A stretch of 64,000 nucleotides of DNA from Zygnema circumcarinatum SAG 698-1b. Its lineage: Eukaryota > Plantae > Zygnematophyceae. The stretch lies in the NCBI GenBank assembly GCA_037447605.1, contig CM074809.1, positions 1,726,689-1,790,688 of the forward strand, given 5' to 3'. Below are positions 1 to 9,342 of this stretch, in pieces. Both the position numbers and the translations under genes were made by a program. Position 1 is the stretch's first letter; every line of letters begins with the position of its first letter. A model generated the notes under the pieces. It worked only from the letters and a program-made list of their open reading frames with translations. It had not been told where the DNA came from and did not search any database.

Positions 1-3000
1 ACTCTCCCAAACCACAACTATTGGAGCTTTAGCACAGATGCATAGCAGTATCTATTCAATCCACGAGCAAAGTTGTGGGCTGTGGTTCGCACCTGCGACA
101 ACATGGAACCAAAAATCTCGCTGATTGTTGGTTCTCTAACGATACTGCACTGTGTTCGAAATTCACCGTATGTCATTGCAGCTCGAACCGTGCCTGTGTC
201 GGAGCTGCCTACTTCCAGGGCATACCGATCGCGGATGGCAATGGTTAGCTCAGCATATCTTTCAACTGTGCCCCCCTCTCCACTCCAGTGCATAGTGCGT
301 TGAACATCAAATTCCTCTTCTATTTCAGTTTGATACGCCCTGCAGCCAAGACATCACATATCCATTCTGAGGCTTAGCTTCCCTTCGCATCAATTCAGGA
401 AATTCTCACTAGGGCACTTGTCTCAAGCTCCAAAGCGGAGTCTGAGGATGTTCCATCACCTATTCCTCATGAATGGAGGCTTACGCAGTCTTAAGATTCA
501 CGGCAGATTCCTGCAAGTCTGGGTCACCCTCGATAAGGTAGAAGACCACCTTCAATCCACACTTCTGCAGCGGAGCAAATGGTGCTCGTCAGAGAGCTGC
601 TCCCTAGAGAACTACAAATGCCATTGAACGACGAGCAAAGCTGAACAATGGTGAAGGTTTCGAGCTGGACTCTAACCGTTTCAAGCATATCTGGAAGTGT
701 AGCTTGCCATAAAATGTAAACAAACGTTCACATTCTTCAACGAAGAAAGACAATTCAAAATTGCACTTCCTACATACCCGCAATCGCAGCTTTTGATCAC
801 GAAAGCGCTTTGTCTTGATGGACTCCCACAAATCGTCAACCCGCTTCCGTTCAAGAATGAAGTCCAGTACATATTCCTCTTGTGGCTCATCTTTCCTTCT
901 TGCAATCCAAAGTACATCACCAACAGGTAAACTCCTAAGCTGCATGCACCAGACAAACAAGCCACAGGCCAGATAAATGCCATACTCAAAACTGAGACAA
1001 TCACTAGCAAAACGATCGACATGAAGGATCAAATCAGTCGGGTGAGAGTTCGGCATATTTGCATATTTGCTGCAAGAACGATTACACACGGATGACGTAG
1101 TGACAAAAACTAAAAAACTAAACAAAAGTGGATGTTATACCACCAAAAGCACAGGCATAATCACAACTTCAGTGTTTACCTGAAGACAATGGACACCTGC
1201 TCAATAGAATTCCAAGTACCCTGATAGCATACAGTGATAAAATTTTGCACCTACTGCCAACACTTTATCGACCAGAGTCGGCGAAAAGCTTACATCAACC
1301 AGAAGATGATACTGTCGGCTGAGCAGCTCTGCAATTTTTGAAGTTTTTCGTTCACTGCGCGCATGCATTGAGCAAGAATGGACAGAAACCAATCAAGTCA
1401 ATTTCTACAAGAGAGTTTATGTGGTAGGAGTCTTTGGATAACACAGTTTGCTCTTTGTATTGCGATTTGGTGGAGCGATGAAATGCAGAGGCTTACCCTC
1501 TGGTAATCTCAAACTTCTCCTGGTTGTCAAGACAAATTACAATGTCGTATGCATCTCCAAATCTTTCTGAAACTTGAAGATGGGGAATGCAGACAGCGGA
1601 CGTAAAAGCAAAGTCTTGTTGTGGGGCACAAACTGCACGGCGCTCGCCTTCATGCACAAACGACACTTAATCAGCCGGCGGATTATTACAAACATTAAAA
1701 AATTAAAACAACAGAATGAAAAAGCCACCGCAGGCATGAACCTATGCTCAAGTTTTGGATATTTCAAATATGAAGTTCAGGAAAGGATCATGCTATACCG
1801 TTAGTGCCTGAAGGTAGAAATGAGGCGTGACCGTGACTTTGTTGTAATGTTGCCAACGACTCCCGGGTATTATCTGAACCTGCATTTTCAATACCAGCTA
1901 GAGAAAGCTTTTTCGTCGGTGTGATCTAAAAGCAAAGGCATGTCCCTCCAGAAGGGCCCCTTTAAACAAGTCGAGGACTCATCAATTGCTTCCAAAAGCA
2001 CAAAATTATGATCAAATGCTGAGATGTAACAATGCAGATACCACGACCTTAGGCAATCTGAACCACTACATGCTACTCCCAACTGGACGGTCACTAAATC
2101 AAAAACTCAAAATGCAGCGTAGCTGAAAATGAAACCCTCGCCTCAAACGAACATAGTCATGGCTAACCAGCTGAAATCGCTCTTAAGAAACCAAGAATTA
2201 ATAATTTAGCATTTTATTAGCAATTTTATGCTCACCTCTCCTTGCAGAGGCAAGACTCTCCCCAGAGCCAACTTGAATTACTCCCTGCCGTGCACCCTCC
2301 CAGTGCCGCATTGCGTCCCCCGGCGGACCCTCCCTCCGTCCCACGGGCGGTCGGCCCTTCTGCGCGGCTGCCTGCCGTCTGCGTTCACCATGGACCTCCA
2401 GCGTGCCCCTATTGCCATCGGTTGGCAGCCATTGAGCTGCGCCACTATCTGCAAGGGATTCAGGCACCTGGGACAGAGGAAAGGGAGGTGGGAATGTCAC
2501 TCGGCCCTACTAAACTTCTTTATCCGAGGAAGAAGTTTACATGGAAGCAATAACATCAGCCCATCACATCAAAGCGATCGTTAGCGCACCACAAATCTTT
2601 CAGTCAAGTAGGTACATGCAAGCATCGTGCTTCAGTGGCATTAATTCCTTACAAAGCATGGGTTTAATAACTTGCACATAGTGAATTCCCAGATCACTAA
2701 TGATGGGGTTGGCTTATGCACTTAATTATGGAATTTTTTTGACCAGAAGCCGCCATTCCAAGAATACTAACCACTTCGTTTTCTCTATCCTGACTGTTTG
2801 ACGGAGTCTTCGACATTGTAGAGAGGGGCTGACGGACTGCGGATGACGTTGAATGCGAAGATGCCTTTGAGGAGGTGCCTTTTCGCATTTCCTTCCTTTC
2901 CGGGTACGTTGCAGGAGGAATCCACTTCATTTCGTGTTCGCGGGGCATCAGGCTTGAGCGAACCATGCACTCTATAGCCGCATTGAAGCCATCTTCAGTC

Positions 3001-4693
3001 AGCGTGTATCTGCAGGAGAAGCACGTCTTGGCCAAGCACATTTATTCCAATGAGGTCATGTCCACTGTTAAAGTGATGCACAAGGGTACATGTCGAACTG
3101 GATTTCTACTTCCCGTTAATTCCCTAGTCTCCATTTCACAATTTTTTCAATGTCGTTTCAGACTCAACCCAGGATGAACTGCTGGAGTACACCTGGTTTG
3201 CTCTGGCCTAGTCACAGGAAACAAAGGCAAAATTTACAGGGGCTGGCAAAAAAAAAATTGGAAGAATTAAAAATTAATGCAATCGCGGAGGAAAACAGCA
3301 CTATAACTGGTTGATGTGAAGGAGCTGCCTCACTTGGCCGGGCTGCTCCACTTCATAACAAGCCCCTTCTCGATGAGCTTGCCCATGGAATTCCATCCAG
3401 AATACCACGAAGCTGAGGACTGTGTGCCTCCCGGCCCGGCGTGCGTCTTGTCAGGCCTACAACAATGGGCCTTGTGAGAACATCAGCTGGCAATTTGTTG
3501 CTGATAAGTATGCAAGCGACTCTACCCTCTAAAACAACGTAAACAAGGTACTGCAATGTAACGGAACACCCGCCGTTTTCTGTACATACACTTGATAACA
3601 TAAAGGGGAAATTTCAACTGTCAGTTTGTCTGAGAGTCAAAACTTTTATGCCGTGCAGCGCAGTTGAGCAGATAGAACATGTGTATGTGATAAGCCTTCC
3701 TGAATCTTGGCAGGATGTACTGATGCATTCGAAAGCTAGAGTTGCTTTAGCGGAATCTAGAAATTTCAAGAAAACCAGTGAAGGCCACCCTCAGTGGTGG
3801 GTACAGGAGAGAGACCAAAATCGAATATCACCACTGTGCTTCTCCTCTGTTGCCTTACCTCAAATTAGTCCGACATAAACCGCTCAATTCAGCTTCGTTC
3901 AATAGCTCCTCTTTTAGCATGAACTCATGCCCGGACTGCCGAGCTCTGCCAACATATTATGCAAAAAACGGAACACTTCAGGAATGGATGAACTGCAGTT
4001 CGCTAACCTCCTGATAGGAATGCCATGGTTTCCTAGAAAATGATGGACTTGCGAGGGACCGAGAATCACCTGAAAAGGGTGATCAACAGCGCATACGGTG
4101 CAGAATTTTCTTGTGGAATGTATTTTCTTTTCCGAGAAGATGTCTGCCTATCTGAAAAAAGCGGACGGGAACACTGATCCATTAGCGAAACGGCTCCGGT
4201 GCAGATAATATTAGAGCTAAGGTCCTAGAAACGATCAAGAAAGGAGACACCTACAGTGACTGACGTAGGTGCATGATTGCCACTTGTCACCTATGCTAGC
4301 TCTTAGAGGCGTACATGCGAATATAAAGGCCTGCAAGGATGCAGCGAAGCGCGCAGCTATGCTGGATGCTTCTAGCACGAAGCGACTCCAATTATTGTTA
4401 TCCTAAGGATATAATCCTTCCAAAAGCTACCAATTTCCTCCCGGGAGGATAGAAATTTGCCCCGTACCCTCTGCTGCAGCACTCTGTCTACCCCCCATGG
4501 CTTGCAGCTCGCCGTTGCGGCGCTCTCCTTGAGAAGCATCCTCCTCCATTTGCACCCTCCCTGCAGGCCCGAGCCCGCGCGCAAGGGAGGGAAGGCCACG
4601 TTCAAATGGGCGCCCCGCCCTCCTGCTCTCACGCTCGATGCCGCTGTTGAAGTCCCGTTGCGCCGTCAAACGGCGGCTGTTGAAGAGGAGCAT
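1..4693 (-). CDS. MUS81: Crossover junction endonuclease MUS81 (multi-exon; 3' end lies beyond the window start; 5' start uncertain, ATG 4693 or 4549)
   Basis: Spliced minus-strand exons give SRKRKYIPQENSAPYALLITLF (~4072-4151) and WYSGWNSMGKLIEKGLVMKWSSPAK (~3330-3410) + YTLTEDGFNAAIEC (winged-helix region). The ERCC4 nuclease domain is FGDAYDIVICLDNQEKF (~1500-1570), LPVGDVLWIARRK..YVLDFILERKRVDDLWESIKTKRFRDQKLRL (~780-940), KCGLKVVFYLIEGDPDLQESAVNLKTA (~490-570), followed by YQTEIEEEFDVQRT..MTYGEFRTQC..TISEIFGSMLSQ (~90-340). Confidence 0.9.
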
Positions 4694-4841
4694 AGAGTCC
4701 AACGTACTCACAGTTTACAGTAACTGGTGCGTCGCAGGACCGTTGGATCAACCATTAGCGTATACCAACCATTGGTTGCGACCTATGTAACTGTTGCTCG
4801 TTAACTTTATTTAAAATAAATTAATCAAAAATATGTGGTCG

Positions 4842-4960
4842 TGGTGCGATCATACCTAGGCTACTACGCTGGATCCCATCAGAACTCCACAGCTAGGCGC
4901 CTGTGGGCTGGAATAGTACTGGGATGGGTGATCTCCCGGGAAGTCCCGGTGTCGCACCCA
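4842..4960 (+). rRNA. 5S rRNA gene or 5S-derived copy (copy 1, full length 119 nt)
   Basis: TGGTGCGATCATACCTAGGCTACTACGCTGGATCCCATCAGAACTCCACAGCTAGGCGCCTGTGGGCTGGAATAGTACTGGGATGGGTGATCTCCCGGGAAGTCCCGGTGTCGCACCCA. It has the invariant eukaryotic 5S segments GATCCCATCAGAACTC and AGTACT.GGATGGGTGA.CTCC.GGGAAGTCC, helix I pairs (GGTGCGAT/GTCGCACC), and a T5 Pol III terminator follows at 4967-4971. Confidence 0.85.
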
Positions 4961-5414
4961 CATCTGTTTTTGCCTTTCATTCCATATGTACTTGAAATAG
5001 CTCCGCACTTTTGCTTTTACCAAAAATGTAAAATAGTTCCATCTTTCTTTCCTTTCCAACAGAATTGGATCTTTTCCACTAAGGTATGTGAGACTTTACA
5101 ACATCATACATTCAATGTTTCGAATTATTTTTTAAATATTTTTGTGATTTCTTTAGAATTTTCGAGGTTAAACCCTTTGGTCAAATTGTTCTGAACCATT
5201 GGACGTCGGCCATTGCCATCGGCTGGTTTTCCAATGGTTCCACTACCGATACTTGCTACCTTACAATGAAAATTTAATGTTCTGAAACAAAAGTGCGGAG
5301 CTATGTCAAGTGGGAGTGGATGTGGCATTGATCTCGCGATGGGGATGCCATCAAATGTCCATGGACAAAATCAGCATGGGGAACCAAAAATGGTACACTG
5401 GAAAGGCAAAAGTG

Positions 5415-5549
5415 TAGGTGCGACACCGGGACTTTTTTTTTCCGGGACTTCCCGGGAGGTCACCCATCTCAATTCTATTCCGGCCCACAGGCGCTTAGCT
5501 GTGGAGTTCTGGTGGGATCCAGCGTAGTAGCCTAGGTATGATCGCACCT
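5415..5549 (-). pseudogene. 5S rRNA copy 2, interrupted by a 16 nt insertion (poly(A) plus duplicated GTCCCGG)
   Basis: The reverse complement reads AGGTGCGATCATACCTAGGCTACTACGCTGGATCCCACCAGAACTCCACAGCTAAGCGCCTGTGGGCCGGAATAGAATTGAGATGGGTGACCTCCCGGGAAGTCCCGG-AAAAAAAAA-GTCCCGGTGTCGCACCTA, nearly identical to copy 1. There is a T4 terminator downstream (forward 5408-5411). Confidence 0.8.
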
Positions 5550-6299
5550 CGACACAGCTGTACCAACATTATATTATGTATTTTTTAATCAATGGTTGGC
5601 AACCATTGGCAACGGTTCGACATCACCAGAATAACTAGCAACGTGCATAGTTATTGCTTGCTTCCATGTTTTGGCCAAATGAACTATGCATGCCTCGGGC
5701 ACCACCCCCCCCATGTTCGCACATTCACTCTTGGTGCAACGGTAACATTGAAAGGTCCATTTGTTGACCGTCCGTCCGATCGATGCCCTCCCCTCCCTCC
5801 TGTAGTCCTGTTCGGCCCAAAGCAGAAGCAGGCCAACTCCCGCCCTCTAGGCGCACCTCCCTCCCTCCGTTTTGCACGCGGCACCGACTTACCGTACCGT
5901 ACGGTACTGCGCCCGCCCGCCCTCCGGGGAGGGAGCGCCACGTGGCACCTCGCGGGCCGCGGCAATGTCGACAGCCGCCGCCCGAAGCGGGAGGATGCGA
6001 CAGGCCAATCTGTACGGAAACAGCGACCATCTCGCGTGGGCCAGTCACATGTCGCCACGTGCCAGCTTGTCGGCCAGGTGCGAGGGAGCTGAATGCTGCC
6101 AGCTGCCGCCCGGCGGGGAATTTTGGCGTGTTTTGGGCGACGAGGATTTTTTGTATGACGTGGCGTAATTCGATTGGGTCTGCAGATTCTGTCAGATATA
6201 CCTCATTTTCCGATTCGGGTACGAACAAGAAACCCGAAGTTCGAGAGGCGCCAACGGCCGTCGTTCACACTTGAACCGCAGGCGACACAGAAAACTGAA

Positions 6300-6464
6300 C
6301 CCTGATTGTCCGCCCTAAACTCCTCATGCACTCTTGCCGTACGGTAATCCTCACCCCTACGAAACCCTAAAGCCTAGTCCTTAAACCTAAAGTCTCCCCC
6401 CCTAACCCTAAAACCCAACCTATCCCAAATCCCCCACCTGAAACCAAATGAAACCAAAAATCAA
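6300..6464 (+). repeat. Degenerate telomere-like (AAACCCT/CCCTAAA) tract
   Basis: GCCCTAAAC..GAAACCCTAAAGCCTAG..TAAACCTAAAG..CCCTAACCCTAAAACCCAACC. Similar C/A-rich sequence resumes after 7406 (AAACCCC..ATACCCCTAG). Confidence 0.45.
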
Positions 6465-7398
6465 GGGTAGTGATATTTCCACCCCTTTTTTGGATCCAAA
6501 CACCCCTTCCCGGCCGGGCAGATTTCAAAAAGGATTAAAAACGGAAAATGCTTTTTTCACACCTTTTTGGAATCGATACCCACCCTCCATCGGCAGATTT
6601 TGTTTTTGCGAAACAAGGAAATAACCCGTCACCCCATTTTGAATATCCCGCCTACCTGAATTTTTTTACGCTTGCGGTCAATCGCAGCCGTCGATTCCCT
6701 CGCAGATCGCAACATATTTGCTCTGCAGCCGGGCTCGGTCACAGCGAATGGCACGTGCCCACGTATCCCGCCAAACTCGTCTAAAAAGTTGGTCCGTACA
6801 AATATCGTACGGTTGCAACTTTGAGGAACCCAATATTTCGTACATTGCGAGCTTGGACCAATCAAAGTTTTCCATGTCAAAAATGTAACACGTGGCAGAT
6901 GTTGACTGGCTGAGAGCTGACAATGCACGAGATCTCGGGCCGAGGGACGCGCGCACTCGCAAGTGCGATCCGGCTTTGGCGGGACTCGTGGGCGCTTTCC
7001 ATTCGCTAAGATCGAGCCCGGCTGCAGATCGAACGGTGATCTGCAGTGGTGCGATCTGCGAGGGAAATCGACAGATGCGATTGACACGCACGTGTGAAGG
7101 ACGGACACCCGCGAACGATCTCGTGGCGGACGGATCTTCCGCTCCGAGCGGATTCGGGCAGGCAGATATTTCTTTTCGTCAAAAAAAAAATTCAGGGAGG
7201 CGGGATACAGTATTCAAAATGCGGTGACGGGGTATCATTTTCCTTGGTTAGCAAAAATAAAATCAGCCGACGGAAGAAGGTGGGTATCGATTCCAAAAAG
7301 CTATGAAAAAAGCATTTTCCGTTTTTAATCCCTTTTGAAATCTGCCCGGCCGGGAAGGGGTGTTTGGATCCAAAAAAGGGGTGGAAATATCACTACCC
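6465..7398. mobile_element. Non-autonomous foldback MITE with very long TIRs (Mutator-like architecture, 8 bp TSD)
   Basis: Termini GGGTAGTGATATTTCCACCCCTTTTTTGGATCCAAACACCCCTTCCCGGCCGGGCAGATTTCAAAA (6465-) are matched in reverse at -7398. Inverted similarity continues inward (6672-6776 vs ~6975-7090, e.g. TCCCTCGCAGATCGCA and CTGCAGCCGGGCTCG). Perfect TSD AAAATCAA at 6457-6464 and 7399-7406. No transposase ORF. Confidence 0.9.
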
Positions 7399-7699
7399 AA
7401 AATCAAAACCCCTTGAATCCGCGTTAATACCCACCCGCTACCGACCTATACCCCTAGCTCCTAGTACGGACAGGAAGTGCCGCCGCCCCCGTACGGTCAT
7501 AGTGTCTGACGGCATATCGAAAAGACAAGTGAGGCCACGTCAGCGGCGGCGGCTCCATTCGTCGTCTAGCGGCGTCCGGCGATCTCACTCTTGCGCCGAC
7601 ACGGATTGCCCGCCGATCGGATCGTCCCAGCTGGCGGCCACTCGCCCGGATCCACCCAGTCCACCCCCCGCCAACCACAGTTCGACATCTGGCAACGGC

Positions 7700-8262
7700 T
7701 CTCCACGTGTGTCACAAATGTCCAATAGGAGCTTCCCGTGACACGTACGTCCAATCACGTGCCCCCCGCAAGCCCTGCCCGCACGTGGGTTCCCTAGTGG
7801 CAAGCGGCCCTGCGATTGGTTCTCGCGTCGCCAGCCAATCAGACCTGCCGGCGCGACCAGCGTGGCGGGCCGCCATTGGCCTCCGCCTAAAGGCGGCGGC
7901 GGCTGGCTTGCCCTTCGAGCGTCCCCCCCGAGAAATGTCGGCGCCGGACAATGAATGTACGGCGGTTTTGGCCTCTGCCCTGAATTAACGGGCAGCGGCG
8001 GCCCCGCCCAGGGCCGGCCGCGAGGCCAAGCCGGGCAGATAGATTTTTTGGTGTCAGGGTGCCGCACGTGCGGTACCAGATATTGTCCGTACATAAGTGT
8101 GTTTTTTTTCTGACCTCCAGGTCTACCCATCCGCGCCTTTTGCCACTGTTCGGCCTCCGGGCAGCCATGGAAACCTTTCTTCCATGACCGCGATATCTGC
8201 CCAAACCCCGAAGCGCGAACGGGCGCAGTGTGAACGGGCCCGGAAGTGGGCGCGCCTATAAA
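7700..8262 (+). promoter_or_regulatory. Promoter of the ERF gene: CACGTG G-boxes, CCAAT-like boxes and a TATA box
   Basis: CACGTG at ~7704, 7759, 7782 and 8065; CCAATC/GATTGG at ~7751, 7814 and 7835; TATAAA at 8257-8262, followed by a pyrimidine-rich leader. Confidence 0.5.
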
Positions 8263-9342
8263 GAGCGACCGTCGCCCCTCCCACTTCCTCCCGCCGGGAG
8301 CTCTCAGGCCCCGCAGCTTCCATCCCTCCCTCCCTCGGCCTTTCCCTCTCCGCCTGCCTGGCACTACTTCTGAAGCCGGGGCTGCTGCTTGTGCTGCTGC
8401 CACATCGCCGGCCTTCGAGCTTCCTTACAGTATTCTGCTTTGCTTTGCTTTGCGCCTCGGAGGAGGAGGACGCGAAGGCAGGGGAAATTTGTTGGAGCTT
8501 CCTGACTTCGTTGGCAAGGTGAGGTGGCGGAAGTGGAAAGAACTGAAGTGGGCTGGTTGATAGGGCCTGGCGGCCAATTGGCGACATTTGAGAACGGTTC
8601 TGAGGGCCGTTTCTTTTCGCATGATATTGGGAGGGGGCTGCCGAGGGGCTTTGAGGGCGGAGGGCAGTGAACACCGTAGAAGTACAGTTAGTATCCTCCT
8701 ATAGCGTGTTGGACGAACCTGCAATTGCAGGGGACGGGTCTTGCCATTTGATAGCTTGCTGATGAACCACGTGGCGGCAGGTTTAGAAGAGCCAATTGCC
8801 TAAATTTTGAAACGTAATACCCAGAACGAGTGTTCTGTGATTTTTCGCTGTTATTATGTATCTGGCCCTTCTACTGCTGGGCCCCATATCTATCCTGTGC
8901 TCCCTCAGACGCCCCCTTTTTCCTTTCTTAGGATCCTTGAACCGCCAACAAGTTTTTCTTACCAAAAAGCCCCGTCTGCTGTTTTATGGGCTCCTCGACC
9001 CCCTATAAACACTTTTCGTAGATGCGCTTTTCTTTGCTTGACGCAGTGTTGGGTGGCAATTACGCCCAGAAGGATGGGATAGTCATTAGAATTCAGCCGT
9101 GCCAGCAGAGGCAGTCGCTGGTATTTCCGTTGCTGCTGTGCATGTGCGGAATTCACTTGTTCACGCCTGTGGGAGATTGCTTCATTTGGTTGGCTTTTTC
9201 GGCAGGCAGCGCTTTTCTTATTCTTGAATTGAAGTTGATGACATCGAGCGTCTTTCGTTAAGGTCGCTTTTTGGGTTATGGGAATGACTGTCAGCTCACA
9301 TGTTTCTTCTGTGTGGTTTGAATCACAGACTTCGACAGAATC

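Larger units (their letters stand above)
4726..5627. repeat. ~900 bp imperfect inverted repeat whose arms each contain a 5S gene plus shared flanks; possible non-autonomous foldback/MULE-like element
   Basis: Beyond the 5S sequence the arms share upstream GGTG..GTCG..ACCGTTG..CCAACCATTG and downstream TTTGCCTTTC..ACTTGA(A/C)ATAGCTCCGCACTTTTG (forward ~4990-5014 vs reverse ~5287-5311). Flanking 9-mers ACAGTAACT (4717-4725) and AGAATAACT (5628-5636) match 7/9. Confidence 0.55.

Noticed and set aside
5725-6274. Several overlapping 100-170 aa ORFs on both strands
   Set aside because: High-GC low-stop region with ORFs in all frames; no transposase or other family motif.
7585-8403. 272 aa minus-strand ORF, considered as a missing MUS81 first exon
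   Set aside because: GC-rich antisense of the ERF promoter/leader; no HhH or other recognisable motif.
8690-8700. GTATCCTC as a possible U12 intron donor
   Set aside because: Does not match the full RTATCCTT consensus and no matching U12 branch site was seen.
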